Assembly (NCBI GenBank): GCA_051530055.1
Contig: CM121341.1
Span: 9,092,784-9,156,783, forward strand
Reading direction: 5' to 3'
Origin: Neoechinorhynchus agilis
Lineage: Eukaryota > Animalia > Acanthocephala
DNA: 64,000 bases
Positions 25,501 through 36,960 of this stretch are shown piece by piece. Within the stretch, counting starts at the first letter, position 1. Each line of letters opens with the position of its first letter. The position numbers and the translations under genes were made by a program. The notes under the pieces are model-generated. The model ran no database searches, had not been told where the DNA came from, and saw only the letters and a list, made by a program, of their open reading frames with translations.

Positions 25501-26202
25501 CTAATAAGCCAAGGCTTAGACATCTACGGCAGTGATATGTGTGGCGACTACATATTCAGTGGTCATACCTGTATGCTGGTTATTCTGGCTCACTTCATAA
25601 CGGAATACGTTAGTGATAATTGTGTACTATTCCGATTGCTTGTGTGGTTCACTTGTGGAAGTGGAGTGGTGTGTATATTGGCGGCACATTTCCACTACAC
25701 AGTCGACGTGGTTCTAGCAGTGGTGATTGCTTCAAGATTATTCGTTTACTACCATTCGCTGTGTCAATGTCCAGTGATGTTCGAGTCTTCAATTCGACAA
25801 CGATTCATTTATCAGATTCCTCTGTTCTATTTTGCCGAGAACGAATCCACGTGCGAACTACGATCAAGAGTTCGAGGAGCTGTACAAATCCCACCGTCGT
25901 TTGTTTCGGCAATTGGCCGATTGCGACGACAGTTCGGATTCGGTCAGCGGGTCGGAATGAGTAGCGCTAGGAGGAAACGCGTTGCCACTGGCGATGCCAA
26001 TGCAGGGGGAGGAGGAGGTATTGGTGCGAATAGTCACCATCTCCGTCTGCGCCGTAACGATGATTCTAACGAAACTGTCAGTCTCATCTGTCCACAGTCA
26101 ACACGAATAGCTGCCGCGGTTAATATTGAGGCGGAGGAGGATGATGAAGCGATGGCACGGAGAAACTCCGTGGTTCTTGTAATCGAGAACGATGAATTGT
26201 AA
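25501..26202 (+). CDS. Sphingomyelin synthase family, 3' catalytic half
   Basis: LISQGLDIYGSDMCGDYIFSGHT and AAHFHYTVDVVLAVVIASRLFVYYHSL carry the family His/His/Asp catalytic motifs; stop TAA at 26200-26202. Confidence 0.9.
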   Translation, partial: LISQGLDIYGSDMCGDYIFSGHTCMLVILAHFITEYVSDNCVLFRLLVWFTCGSGVVCILAAHFHYTVDVVLAVVIASRLFVYYHSLCQCPVMFESSIRQRFIYQIPLFYFAENESTCELRSRVRGAVQIPPSFVSAIGRLRRQFGFGQRVGMSSARRKRVATGDANAGGGGGIGANSHHLRLRRNDDSNETVSLICPQSTRIAAAVNIEAEEDDEAMARRNSVVLVIENDEL

Positions 26203-27114
26203 TGAGCACGAAGTGTAACAGTGAATTTGTTTCGGAGGACTTTTTTCAGACATACGGGCGATAAAATGGTTCTGCTGACGATATGATAGAGTGCGAATTT
26301 GTAAAAATTGAAATGACTAAAATGCGAGTGCGGGATTTTTGAACGAAAAAAGGAACGTGGCTTACCTCCGTTTCCTCGCTCTCCCTTTTCTTTGAAGAGT
26401 GTGCGTAAAAAATGAGAGCTGTACGACCTAAATGACTAATGCGCTTTTTAGAGAATGTAAGCTTGAAATTTACCGGAAAAAAGAACTTATCACGTAGAAG
26501 GATCTTAGAAAATCGGACAATCACATCTTCGGTTTCCGCGGCGGTCGATTTTTGAGGTTTCTTATTTGACATTTGTGTTGTTGTCGATTGGATTACAACA
26601 GAATTGATAATAAAAAGGATTCAATCAGTCCACTTTAATATGCGATCCTTCTCTCTCAATCAAGAAAAACACGAATTTGGGTTTCAAGCGTGTTTTTGGT
26701 AAAGAACAAATATTTCGAAAGACGATGCCTTACCTAATCAATCATTGTAAATTAGTCTAAGTGACTAGCAATTTAATACTTGTTAACCGGCAGGATCTTC
26801 ACCAAAATTCTTACATTTATAAACTGGTAAATGATTTTTGACTTTAATGCATTTCGACCCAACCATCCTGTTCTTGGAGCACATTCCGGGTATTTTTTCT
26901 GCCACTCACAATCACATATTTAGTTTCCGCAGCCCTCGATTTTTGAGGTTTCTTACTAAAACCAACAGATAGTCTTTGGACATTAGTCAAAAAAAGTTGG
27001 CGATGCGATTATCCGGAAGGAGTCTGCGTTTGTGCAAATATTTGGATAATGCGCATTTTCCTCTAATGGTTTTGTCGCCATCGAAAAGAAAATGGGGTTA
27101 AAAAGTAGAAATGA

Positions 27115-27700
27115 AGTATGGTAGGACTCACCCCTGATGGCGAGAATTCGCAGCTCTTTAATTTCAGATTCTCGTGACCTGGTGAACCGAACTCGATTGG
27201 CGGCAGTCTCCACACGAAACTCACGACTCGTCGAAGTGAACGCAATTCTCTTAGTTGCGCCTTGAATACTGTGAATGCTTACCGAATCGATAGCCGTCGT
27301 AGACCGGACGGTATCATAGTATTCCCGCGGCGAGGAGAGGCAAATGCCTTCTCTTGGACGCCGTTTGCAGCCAGCAACATAAAATTCGCCACTGTTAAAA
27401 CGAAGGGGGAGCAGTGACCGCCGCGGAGGACCGCAAAAAGATCAAATACAGGGACCTGAGTCGAAATCATTATTTTGTTTCCTTTGGCGTCGTGACGCTC
27501 TGGTCGTTTGGTATTGCGGCGCAGGACATGGTCAAGATATTGAGACAAATCACTGGCGATCTGAGATCAGGAGCAATCCTCCAACAAAACATAAGTCTAA
27601 CTCTACAATGGGAGGGAACGCTGAATCCTTCCTTTCGACCGTTACACCAGGACGGCAGCTGAGTGATCCAGAAAGGCGGTGGTGTGAATGTTTGTAAGCT
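27115..27700 (+). mobile_element. CRE-like RLE non-LTR retrotransposon, decayed 3' fragment
   Basis: With frameshifts reads RRPDGIIVFP, AAEDRKKIKYRDLSRNHYFVSFGV, QQNISLTLQ..GNAESFLSTV, typical of the restriction-like endonuclease C-terminus. Confidence 0.8.
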
Positions 27701-28262
27701 CTTCACAGCCTCAAAAATGGGTATGCTGGAAGATTCTATTTTTATCTCAGTTCAGTTACGAATTCATTAACTCGCATACTCACACAAAATAAAGAAAAAC
27801 GTCAAAGGAACACGATATCTCGTGCGCGCCTATACTTTTATCAGATGTTGCGAGAACGTTCGATTAAGCGAGGAAAACGCCGTAAATTTCACTTATTTTT
27901 TAAAATACATTCTTTAATAATTATAGTTACACTTTTTAAGAACAAGATAAAAATTCAAGACATTTTTGTTTACCGCAACGAACGTTGCGATTTTTTGAAA
28001 CGACCGAGAGGGATCGCTAAAGGCCGATTTATATTTCAATTGATGGAATCAGTAATTATCAATTCTATTGTTCAAAATTAGGTAATCTTAAAAATCAGTC
28101 GAAATACACATTCGCATTTAACGATCCCTCTCGGCTGCTGACAAGCGACCAAAATAATAACATATATAACCATGCGAATGCAATCCTCAATAAAATATTC
28201 TAAAAATTATCTGAAAATTCAATAAATCATAATTCAAGCTATTAAAATAACAAAGGTATATA

Positions 28263-29015
28263 GTGATCACGATGCTGTGCGATAGAGTCCATGAACTTTC
28301 GTCACACGAGGCTCTATTTCTGATCAAGAATACCCTCTTCATCCCGGAACTACTTTATAAACTGCGCACGGCTTCCTTCGTCAAGCACGTCGATAAGTTA
28401 AAGAAGCTTCATTGCCTGTATCGTCCGGTGGTTTGGGTATTCTAAAAGCAGTAGATGTGTCGTTGCCCGCGTTTTTAGGATCATTCGAACTGGGTTGGGA
28501 TCTGGTAAAACGTATATCGGGACCAATGTTCTGTTTTGCGGACGAATTTCTAGTAGCTGTCCATAAATGGTGGGAGAATACGGGTTATTACCAAGTTCCC
28601 GTGAATGGTCTAAAGCAGTCCATCTGGGATAAACTTTCAGTCGCCCGAGCTCATAGTTCTCTAATTTCAGGCTCTCGCGACGAGGTCGACCGGGCTAGAT
28701 TGCTGGCAGTCTCTGCAAGAGAATCGGGAGCATGGTTAAAAAACCCATTGCATCAGTGGGAACACTCCTCGTAGACGAAACAGTTCGGATCGGAGTTTCC
28801 CTCAGATTAGGTCTACCGATTTGTGTCGAACATCGTTGCCGGTGTGGAATGATTGTGGATCCACTGGGGGGACATGGCCTTGTTTGCAACAAATCAGGGG
28901 ATCGTTTCTCACGGCATTCTGAATTGAACGACGTAATTTCGCGTGCTCTAAATACGATGAACGTCCCGAACATTTTAGAGCCAAACAACCTGTGCAGGCT
29001 TGATGGTCGTCGTCC
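28263..29015 (+). mobile_element. CRE-like RLE non-LTR retrotransposon fragment
   Basis: LPVSSGGLGI..LPAFLGS, RARLLAVSARESGAWL, LRLGLPICVEHRCRCG..GHGLVC..RFSRHSELND..LEPNNLCRLDGRRP; frameshifted and truncated at both ends. Confidence 0.88.
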
Positions 29016-29829
29016 TACATGTCATCGTAGTTGACAAATTTTTTTACCAAAAGTTAGTTTAACTTCCTTAAAAAAGCATAAGACAATCGCATTAATAAAC
29101 TGAAATGGTACAGCAGCAAAAAATAACGGCATTTAAAAAATAGTCGAAAAAGACGGAGTACTTTTTAAAAACGAATATTAAAGTTTCTGACGAAATTGTG
29201 AATCCATAATCAGAGGAGGCCTATTTACCGGTGTATAATTTGCCCAAAGATAAAATAATGCGGCAACCAAATCAACCAGAGTTCCAGCGAGAAAATACTC
29301 CATCAATCGAAAACACAAACCAGCGCATAAAAAGTGAGCGGTAATGCTAACTTCTTTAGCTTCCATTTATTAAATAAAATCATCTTGGTACATATACACC
29401 CAGATATTAAAAGAATATATGATATACAGTTCGATCTTCTCGGCGATAAAGTCTACATTGTTTTATACGGACGATCTTTGATCAATGACAAAATAATTCA
29501 TTAAGAACCATCTAGAAATCTGACTGCAGTGGAAAATTGAACGCTATGATTGAAAAAAATGTGAATCCTATTAGCCATTCGCTCATAAAATTGCCAATTT
29601 TGTTCATGAACGAATTCTTGAAATTTTAAGATCTTAATGATTTTTAGCCGAATCGGAGATGATTTTGAGCTAACGGAAAATTTTCATTTGCGATTAACTT
29701 CGAATAACGATTGGGAAAAAATTAGGTTTGTCAATAACGCGCTAATTTGTTATCTGATAAACCCACGAGTTCTGATTTGTTAAATGAAGGCCGTTGTTGG
29801 TTTTGGCGTGTAGTACGAATCCGGTGGGG

Positions 29830-30470
29830 GGATGTCCCTTCGGGTTAGAGATTGGCGGATATTGTTTGCCGGAGAGTTTGTGAGGTTGGGTCTTTCGTTC
29901 GATTCGTTTCGGGTCTCGATATCCGAGAACATTGGGTAGTATGGAAAAAGGAGCGGAGGCTGAGGAAGGATGAAAGAGCGGAAAAAATCAACTGTAAAAA
30001 TTTTAGATGCTCTTCTTCTTGAAACATTTCAGCGAGGGATAGAAAGATAAAGCCGAAGTAAAATTTGTAGAGGTCGAGTGAAGGGATTTCCAAATGTCGG
30101 AGGCGTTTGAGGAGATAAATTTTAAAAGTGTTGTGCTTGAGGGAGAGAGGGATGTGCGAGTCTAATTTCAAATTTGATTGAAATTGGAGACCCACAATTC
30201 ATAGGGGGGTTACTCGTAGGATGGCATTTAGAGGCTCAGGGGAGAATGTAGAGTTTCAGGAGAATGAAGAGATCATATCGAAGCATTTAGAGAAATTCCG
30301 GTGGATTTTGGGATTGGTGCAGAAATCTTTTATGTGTGTGACTTCGTTAGAGTTTAAGGAAAGGGAGAGGTGGTGAATGGGTGATGAGGGTGATATCGTC
30401 GACGTTTAAGAAGAGTTTAGAGTGAGAGGAAAGAGGTTTGAAGTCGTTAAGGAAAATATTAAAGTCGATT
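29830..30470 (-). mobile_element. Decayed APE-type LINE reverse transcriptase fragment (CR1/L2/RTEX-like)
   Basis: FNIFLNDF..KLFLNVDDITLI (degenerate YxDD region) followed after a frame break by GLQFQSNLKLDSHI..IYLLKRLRHLEIPSLDLYKFY (RT thumb pattern). Confidence 0.75.
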
Positions 30471-31904
30471 ACTCATATAAATCAATCTAAATTTTAAGAG
30501 CTACAATACGCTTTGAAGACGTGAATCTCGTACTGAAAGTGTAGAATGGTCGCCTTGATAAGTTCTAATAGAGTTTACATCGCGATCCAAAGAACCATGA
30601 TAAAATTTCCATATTCTACTCCCAAGTTTACATTTTTATAGAGAATTATAATAATTGATTGATTTATTTGGGCCTTCGCGTAGGCCGAAAATTATCAAAT
30701 ATTATAATACCCGCTATAAAAAAAGTAAATGATGAACATCTTTACGAAAACTCTCAAGCTTCCCGATTCGAGAAGATGTGTAAAATATTATAAGAATTAT
30801 GAAAAAAGAAGTTGACAATAAAGTCTATTGTATTCCATAGAATCAAAAGGCATTGAAACTGTTTTTTGAAAATGGCAGTTATGATTGCTGAGAAATCGCC
30901 AGTTCGTTCAGGTGTTCCGAATTGACGTGTCTTCATAAAATATTGTTTGAAGATTGAACTGTTCATAATGGTTGAATTCTTGTATTTTCCTTTGAAAACA
31001 ACGTTGATCAAAAGGCGTACAAGATTGTGCCTCCGAAAACAATCAGATTTAAAAAATCATTTCAATTTTTCTAGGCCATAAAACAATTATAAAATATTAA
31101 AACCTTGATATCGATAATTTTTTGTATAACGGCACAATAAGAACAAAATAATCAAGTAGTTTTCACGGCAAAACACAAGCGTAATGAAGCTCCGAACAAG
31201 GGTTCAATTCTGAAATTGCTACTTTTTTTTGAGAAAACGCAAAACCGATCAAAGATTGATTTTGAAGAAATAAAAGAACAAAATTTAATGAATAGACCAC
31301 GTCCGATTCAAAAACTAATTGTAAACTTTAACAATTAAAAATTAAGTAATCTGAAAAAGCAATAAAAAACATTATTGAGTAAAAACATGCGAGAAATCCT
31401 TTTTTAAGAATAAGATGTTTAAAAGATTTAATTTCCTCGTTTAATTTGTTTCCTGTGCACCAAGCTAAAACCCAATCAAAAAAGGCTTTTCGCTCGTTTC
31501 ATGTGCTCTAAGCTGACATCAATTTTTCTCTAGGTTCTGAAATATTTCTGTATTGAATAGCAAAGTCTCAAGGCGACTGATTTGTGATTTGGATTGTTTA
31601 AAAAAACGAGGAGCCACGGCGTAATGTGACGATTTCACTATAAAAATTCTATTTCGTTCAGAGAATCAAAAACGTAAACCTTTAATGAAAACTAACCATT
31701 TAATGAACGATTGTAGATGATTCTTAAAGGAGTTAAATCCTTGCGGTTTGATTATTTAACGCTAAAAGGTCATCGCAGAAACTATGATCTAAAGGACCGG
31801 CACGATCAAAGAACAACGATTCTAGGGGAAAGAATTCAATTATCCGAACGGTCAATGTATTCTGAATTTGTCTTCGGAAATTAAATTCTTCTACGAACTT
31901 TGTA

Positions 31905-32465
31905 TTTTCTTTCAATTATTTGCTGTACTCCTTTAGTTTGATTCTGGCTAAAATATCCCAAATCTCAGTGAATTTTCATTTCGTGAGTCCAATCGATCAC
32001 GAATTATTGCATTAGACTTTCGCCAATATTTGAGAGACGTCCAGCTACGATTTATTTGGGCAATGGAGTCGATGATTTGTGTTCAATGATTAACGCCCTT
32101 TGACTAAGTCTAATTTTCATCATTTATTTTGACTTGTCTTTCTAAAAGGTTGAACGTTAGCCTAAACTTCCTTATGAATTTTCTTTCAATTATTTCCTGT
32201 ACTCCTTTTGTTTGACTCTGGCTAAAATATCCCAAATCTCAATGAATTTTCATTTCGTGAGTCCAATCGATCACGAATTATTGCATTAGACTTTCGCCAA
32301 TATTTGAGAGACGTCCAGCTACGATTTATTTGGGCAATGGAGTCGATGATTTGTGTTCAATGATTAACGCCCTTTGACTAAGTCTAATTTTCATCATTTA
32401 TTTTGACTTTTCTTTCTAAAAGGTTGAACGTTAGCCTAAATTTCCTTATGAATTTTCTTTCAATT
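31905..32465. repeat. Tandem duplication, 274-bp unit, 2 copies
   Basis: ttctttcaatt.. restarts at 31907, 32181 and 32456; copies nearly identical; ends ~35 bp before the RacGAP ATG. Confidence 0.93.
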
Positions 32466-32498
32466 CTTACTTTTCTTTCTAAAATGTCATAGTCTTAG

Positions 32499-33999
32499 AT
32501 GGAGCGCCGAATCGACGAAATAAAGAAAATGTTACAATCTCTGATTGCAGCCGACCAATCCAACATTGCTCAAGTAAAGAACCTGGTTGAGTATTGTGCT
32601 GAGATTGAACGTAAACTCGCATTGGCTCGAAAACGGATCGAAAGTTTGAGTAGTTTAAAGGAGCAGGACGACAATGAAAAGGAGCAATACAAGCTTCGGA
32701 TTACTGTTATGATGAAGGAAATTGAACGGTTAACAGCTCAAAATGAATTGGCAAGAAGAGATTTGAGGGACGATATTTCGGACGAATCCGAGGAACACGT
32801 TGATCTAAGTGAACCCACGGCTCCGCCTTATACTGAAGCGAGCGATGAAGATGAGTCTTGTATAAGTCTCGATTTCAATGATCTCCTTCCTCGTACTCAT
32901 GTGACCGAAACTCGGACAATGTTCCGAAGTGAGTTTTGCGATGGATGCGGAAGGAAAATATCGTTTAATTGCCTACATCCCATGAGATTCATGCCCATGG
33001 GTAAGTAGTGAATCTCGTAGAAATACGACTTCGGTGCCAGATTTGTTGTCGAGTGTGCCATATTGAATGTGGTCAAACTTTGAGTGGTAAACTTCGTTGC
33101 GTTCTTGCAATGAGACATCCTACAAAACGACGTCTAAGTCTATCTGATTATTGCCCAGCTTCACCTCCGTTCATTCCACCGATCATTTTCTATTGTGTTC
33201 GGGAAATCGACTTTCGGCGGCTCAATCAGGACGCGAGTAAGGTTTATTCAAAGAAAGCAAATGAATCACGAGTTCGACTTCTTAGACATGCTTTTTTGAA
33301 ACCTCATCGAGCTGGTCTTCTATCATCTCACACGAGAGATTTACCGCCAGGAGTTTCAGATCTTCGATTAACTGATTTGGTGACCATCGCAGCTACAATC
33401 AAACAGTTTCTATCAAGTCTCGTTGAACCAATTATAACTCACGATGCAGTTCACAAATTTGCTAAAGCTGTCGTTTCGTCGGAATACGCAGTTCAGACAT
33501 TGACGGAAGCCTTGCTTTCAATTCCACAAGAAAACCAACAAACACTCGCATTTATTTTACTTCATTTACAAAAGTTATCGCATACAACAACTGTTCAAAT
33601 GGGCACTCATGAGTTGGCGAATGAGTTCGGACCGCTGATTGTGGGAACCAGCGTTTCTGCTTTAAGAACTCGGATCGCAACTGAAGCGAATACCCAAATC
33701 TCGATTATAAAATCGCTTCTTGATCACATCCCGTCAGATTTCTACCGTTCACTTTTGGTAGACAAGCGAATTGCTTCAGTTCTGCGGAAAAGGCAAGGTG
33801 AGTGCTCTAATAACTTTTGGAAGAAAAGGAAACCTTGTAATTGATTAAAAGTTTTCATTAACCTTTTAACTTATTTAAAGAAAAAATCAATGATTTGATT
33901 ATGTACTGTAGATAATGAAGTTGTTTAAATTACGCTAACATCAATTTTTTTTAATGATTTCAAGGAGCAGTGAAAAACCTTGTACAAGGACCGCTCTAG
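32499..33999 (+). CDS. RACGAP1: RACGAP1/CYK-4-like protein (coiled coil, C1 domain, divergent RhoGAP domain)
   Basis: N-terminal coiled coil; C1 CDGC..CQIC..CHIEC; LSDYCPASPPFIPPIIFYCVREID, IKQFLSSLVEPIIT, TLAFILLHLQKL, FGPLIVG; introns 33001-33020 and 33798-33964 inferred; last exon tentative. Confidence 0.8.
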
Positions 34000-34899
34000 A
34001 CATTTCGATGAATTAGAGATGTGGTGATCATAATCCTGGTTAAAGTATATTTTATTGAACTATTTGATATGCGGGATTAACTCTATAATCCCAAAAGGTT
34101 TTCTCTCGACATTTAGATACGGGCAAATACGCATGCAAAATTTAAGGCAAATACTTGGAAACGAAAATCAGCAAAGAATAAATGATAAACAAATACTTTG
34201 CCGGGTTTCGTTCTCTTCATTGCGGAGAAAGTTTTCCCGCACTCGAATGTGCTCTGAAAAGTCGTAATCGTCTTCATCGTTATTTCTCGAAAAATTTGAA
34301 AAGGTTTTTAATGGTAAATCAACATAAAACCCGGATAGCTTTTATCTCTCCAAATTTGTCAATCAGTTAACACTATGGAATGAAAATGGATTTTAAAGCC
34401 AGCGGATTTCATTCTCAACGTCTATAAGATCTACAATACTCTTTTCAAACATTCTACTCTTTTTGAAGCGAACACGTTGAAAAATGCATCAGATTTCATT
34501 TCAAATTGAACAGTTTTAATTTTGCTTAAAATGCATTTATGTCCGTGCTTTATTTTCGGCCTTCATTGTTCAGCCATGAAGATTTTAATCTCATGTTCTT
34601 AGTTCAAAAAAGAATTTTATGACTTTACTCCGACTGCAATATAAAAAGTCATTAGGTTCAATTGAATTCAGACCGACGCATGCGACCTAAAGAAGTTCAC
34701 AGATTTAACGATAACCTTCATTAATGTTCAGAATTAAGCTGGTGAATTATTTGAACTCATCAGTCATCACAAGTCTCGTTCCATGCATTTCATAGCTGCT
34801 AATTGTTCGCTAATTTCAAACGTAGTGTTTTTATACCACGAATAAACACAAACAATTTAACGGTGTCATTAGCAGCAATAAATGTATTCAATCAATCTT

Positions 34900-35230
34900 C
34901 ATCTCTCGGCAATTAACACACTCACCACCTCCCGCCAAATTCCAGCTTTTGTCCTTCCTCGACCGCCGCCATCACGCTGGCAGCATTGCCCCTTTGTACT
35001 GCTAGCGAGATATTTTGTCGAAGGAATCAATTTCTTCGAGAGATCCTGGAGCAGAGAGAGTGCCGAGCGCTCCATACGTCTCTACCCCAAGGGGGATAAA
35101 ATAATGAGCCCTCGATAAGTGAAGATATTTCCGTATTTTCCTCCCTTCCGCTGCACTGGCGGCACCACCGGCGATTTCGAGGGAGTAGGGGATGTTGAAG
35201 AAATTTCGAACTGACTTGTCTTTGGTTGAA
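34900..35230 (-). mobile_element. CRE-like RLE retrotransposon 3' fragment
   Basis: AGGAASAAEGRKIRKYLHLSRAHYFIPLGVETYGALG then, after frameshifts, ISLAVQRGNAASVMAAV..W*. Confidence 0.85.
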
Positions 35231-35626
35231 GTGGGAGATCGCTGGACAGAGTTCTTCTACTATAACTTGAATAGACTTCATGCAATCTTCTTCCAAGAAA
35301 CAAATTGGTTAATCCACCAATTTTATTTCTCATCAATTTGCTAATTTTCCATTCACAACACAAACCAAAATATCCAACATAATCTGCTTTTTTTCGTATT
35401 TTCTTTTAATATTGTGTTCCTAGAACATGGCTATCGTCTTCTTACAGATGAGATAAAACGGGTTGCTCGTTCATACAAAAAAACATGAAACCTTTTGCAC
35501 TCAGAATCTTCCTCATCTTTCCTGTGAACCGACCAATTTATTTTTTTTAAGCTGGCGCTAGAAAAATCATTCGACTGCTTTTACCCGAAAACTCCATTAG
35601 GGATGCGGGACATAAGAAGATTAATG

Positions 35627-35780
35627 ATGATGGTGAACTGACGGAAAAAAATTATGAATATATTAATCAGAATTTTCGACCAATGCGTTGGTCTTACAAG
35701 CAATCACTGAAGAAGACCAACGCATTGGTCGAAAATTCTGATTAATATATTCATAATTTTTTCCTTCAGTTCACCATCAT
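35627..35780. repeat. Near-perfect long hairpin, ~69-bp arms, 17-nt loop
   Basis: 35627-35695 versus reverse complement of 35713-35780: one mismatch and one homopolymer indel. Confidence 0.93.
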
Positions 35781-36320
35781 AATTAATTCCTAAATGAATA
35801 TCTACACAATAAGAAGATTAACAAAAGTGGTGCCGGAATTCTAGGAAATATTAAGGAGAGGAATATGTGGCAGCTTTTCTTTTAAAAGTTATTTTAATAC
35901 TACAACCGTAATTTGTCGTTTTAATGAACGGATGTAGCCCACGATCCGTAGCTTGGGTAATGTCAGTGAGTCATCATCGACGATTTTATTGCCTGCTCTC
36001 CTCAGATCTCTTGGCATCTCCTATGAAGATACCTAGCAATAATATGGAAAAGACAAAAAGAAAAAATCAATTGATCGTACGAAAAAACCAGTTTTAAAAG
36101 CAAAACATGGAAGTGAGGTGATTTAATTTCTAACAATATTTTATTCGTTTCTTTCAAACTGTTTAAAATTTCAATTCACCATTTTGAAAAATACCGAGGT
36201 TTTTGCATTAATAAAAATAAGCTCATTGAGATTATTTAAAAGTACACCTTTAGTATCATTAGACCTGATCGTATTTATGTTATGATTGATTTTTCTACTG
36301 CAGTAATATAAATGTTGTTT

Positions 36321-36960
36321 TTAGTTTACCGAACCCAAACCCGATATTCCTTGATGGCCGCGGCATTGCCGCGTTGGATCGCCGCGCTGATTCGCTGCAA
36401 CAGGAAGTTGCTGGATCGCATATCGCCGGTGGCATGTTTTAGCATCCCTCCCAGTCGTGAGAGGAAATAATCGGCTTCCGCAATCGGGATGAAAATATAT
36501 TGATGCCCATCGAGCGAGGAGTACTTCTGCCGCTTCTTTTCCTCGCTGAAGCTGGCGATTGTTCCCGCCTTTGAGGTGCCATCCCGTAACTGGGATGCTG
36601 CGAGCGTGTTGGGGCAGGTAAAATCCCAAACCAGTATTTTCCCGGAGCACCATGGGAGGAGGGCGTTTACCGTCGTTCCGGGAGAGTCCGACTGGTTCGA
36701 GTCGAGCGGGAAAACCGGCCGTTGAGAGTGCCTCCCTGATTATGCGGTTGACTGCTGAGTGCCGTGCGTGCCGAGCAGTTGAACGCTTGCAGTCAAGGCC
36801 GTGAGTTCTCGATCCGTTCACTGTCTCACCGCACCGACACGTATATGAGCCTGAGAATTCGATGCCCAACCGAAGCCCCACAGCGACGGTGATGGCTTGG
36901 TCATCCAGCCTCGTGCCAACAGCCGTGATCGGGAAAGCCTTCAAGAAGTCGCTGGAGTAG
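36321..36960 (-). mobile_element. CRE-like RLE retrotransposon 3' fragment
   Basis: AVGLRLG..CRCG..HGLDCKRSTARHARHSAVNRIIREALSTAGFPARLEPVGLSRNDGKRP; shifted frames give WDFTC, EEKKRQKY, QRISAAIQRGNAAA. Confidence 0.88.

Noticed and set aside
26246-26960. 108-aa minus-strand ORF and a ~45-bp direct repeat at ~26520 and ~26912
   Set aside because: No recognisable domain; more likely a decayed local duplication than a gene.
27630-27690. Conserved 60-nt tail shared with 39120-39190 as a hammerhead or other ribozyme
   Set aside because: It is the coding C-terminus of the retroelement ORF (GNAESFLSTV..W); CUGANGA core is not conserved and stem II is absent.
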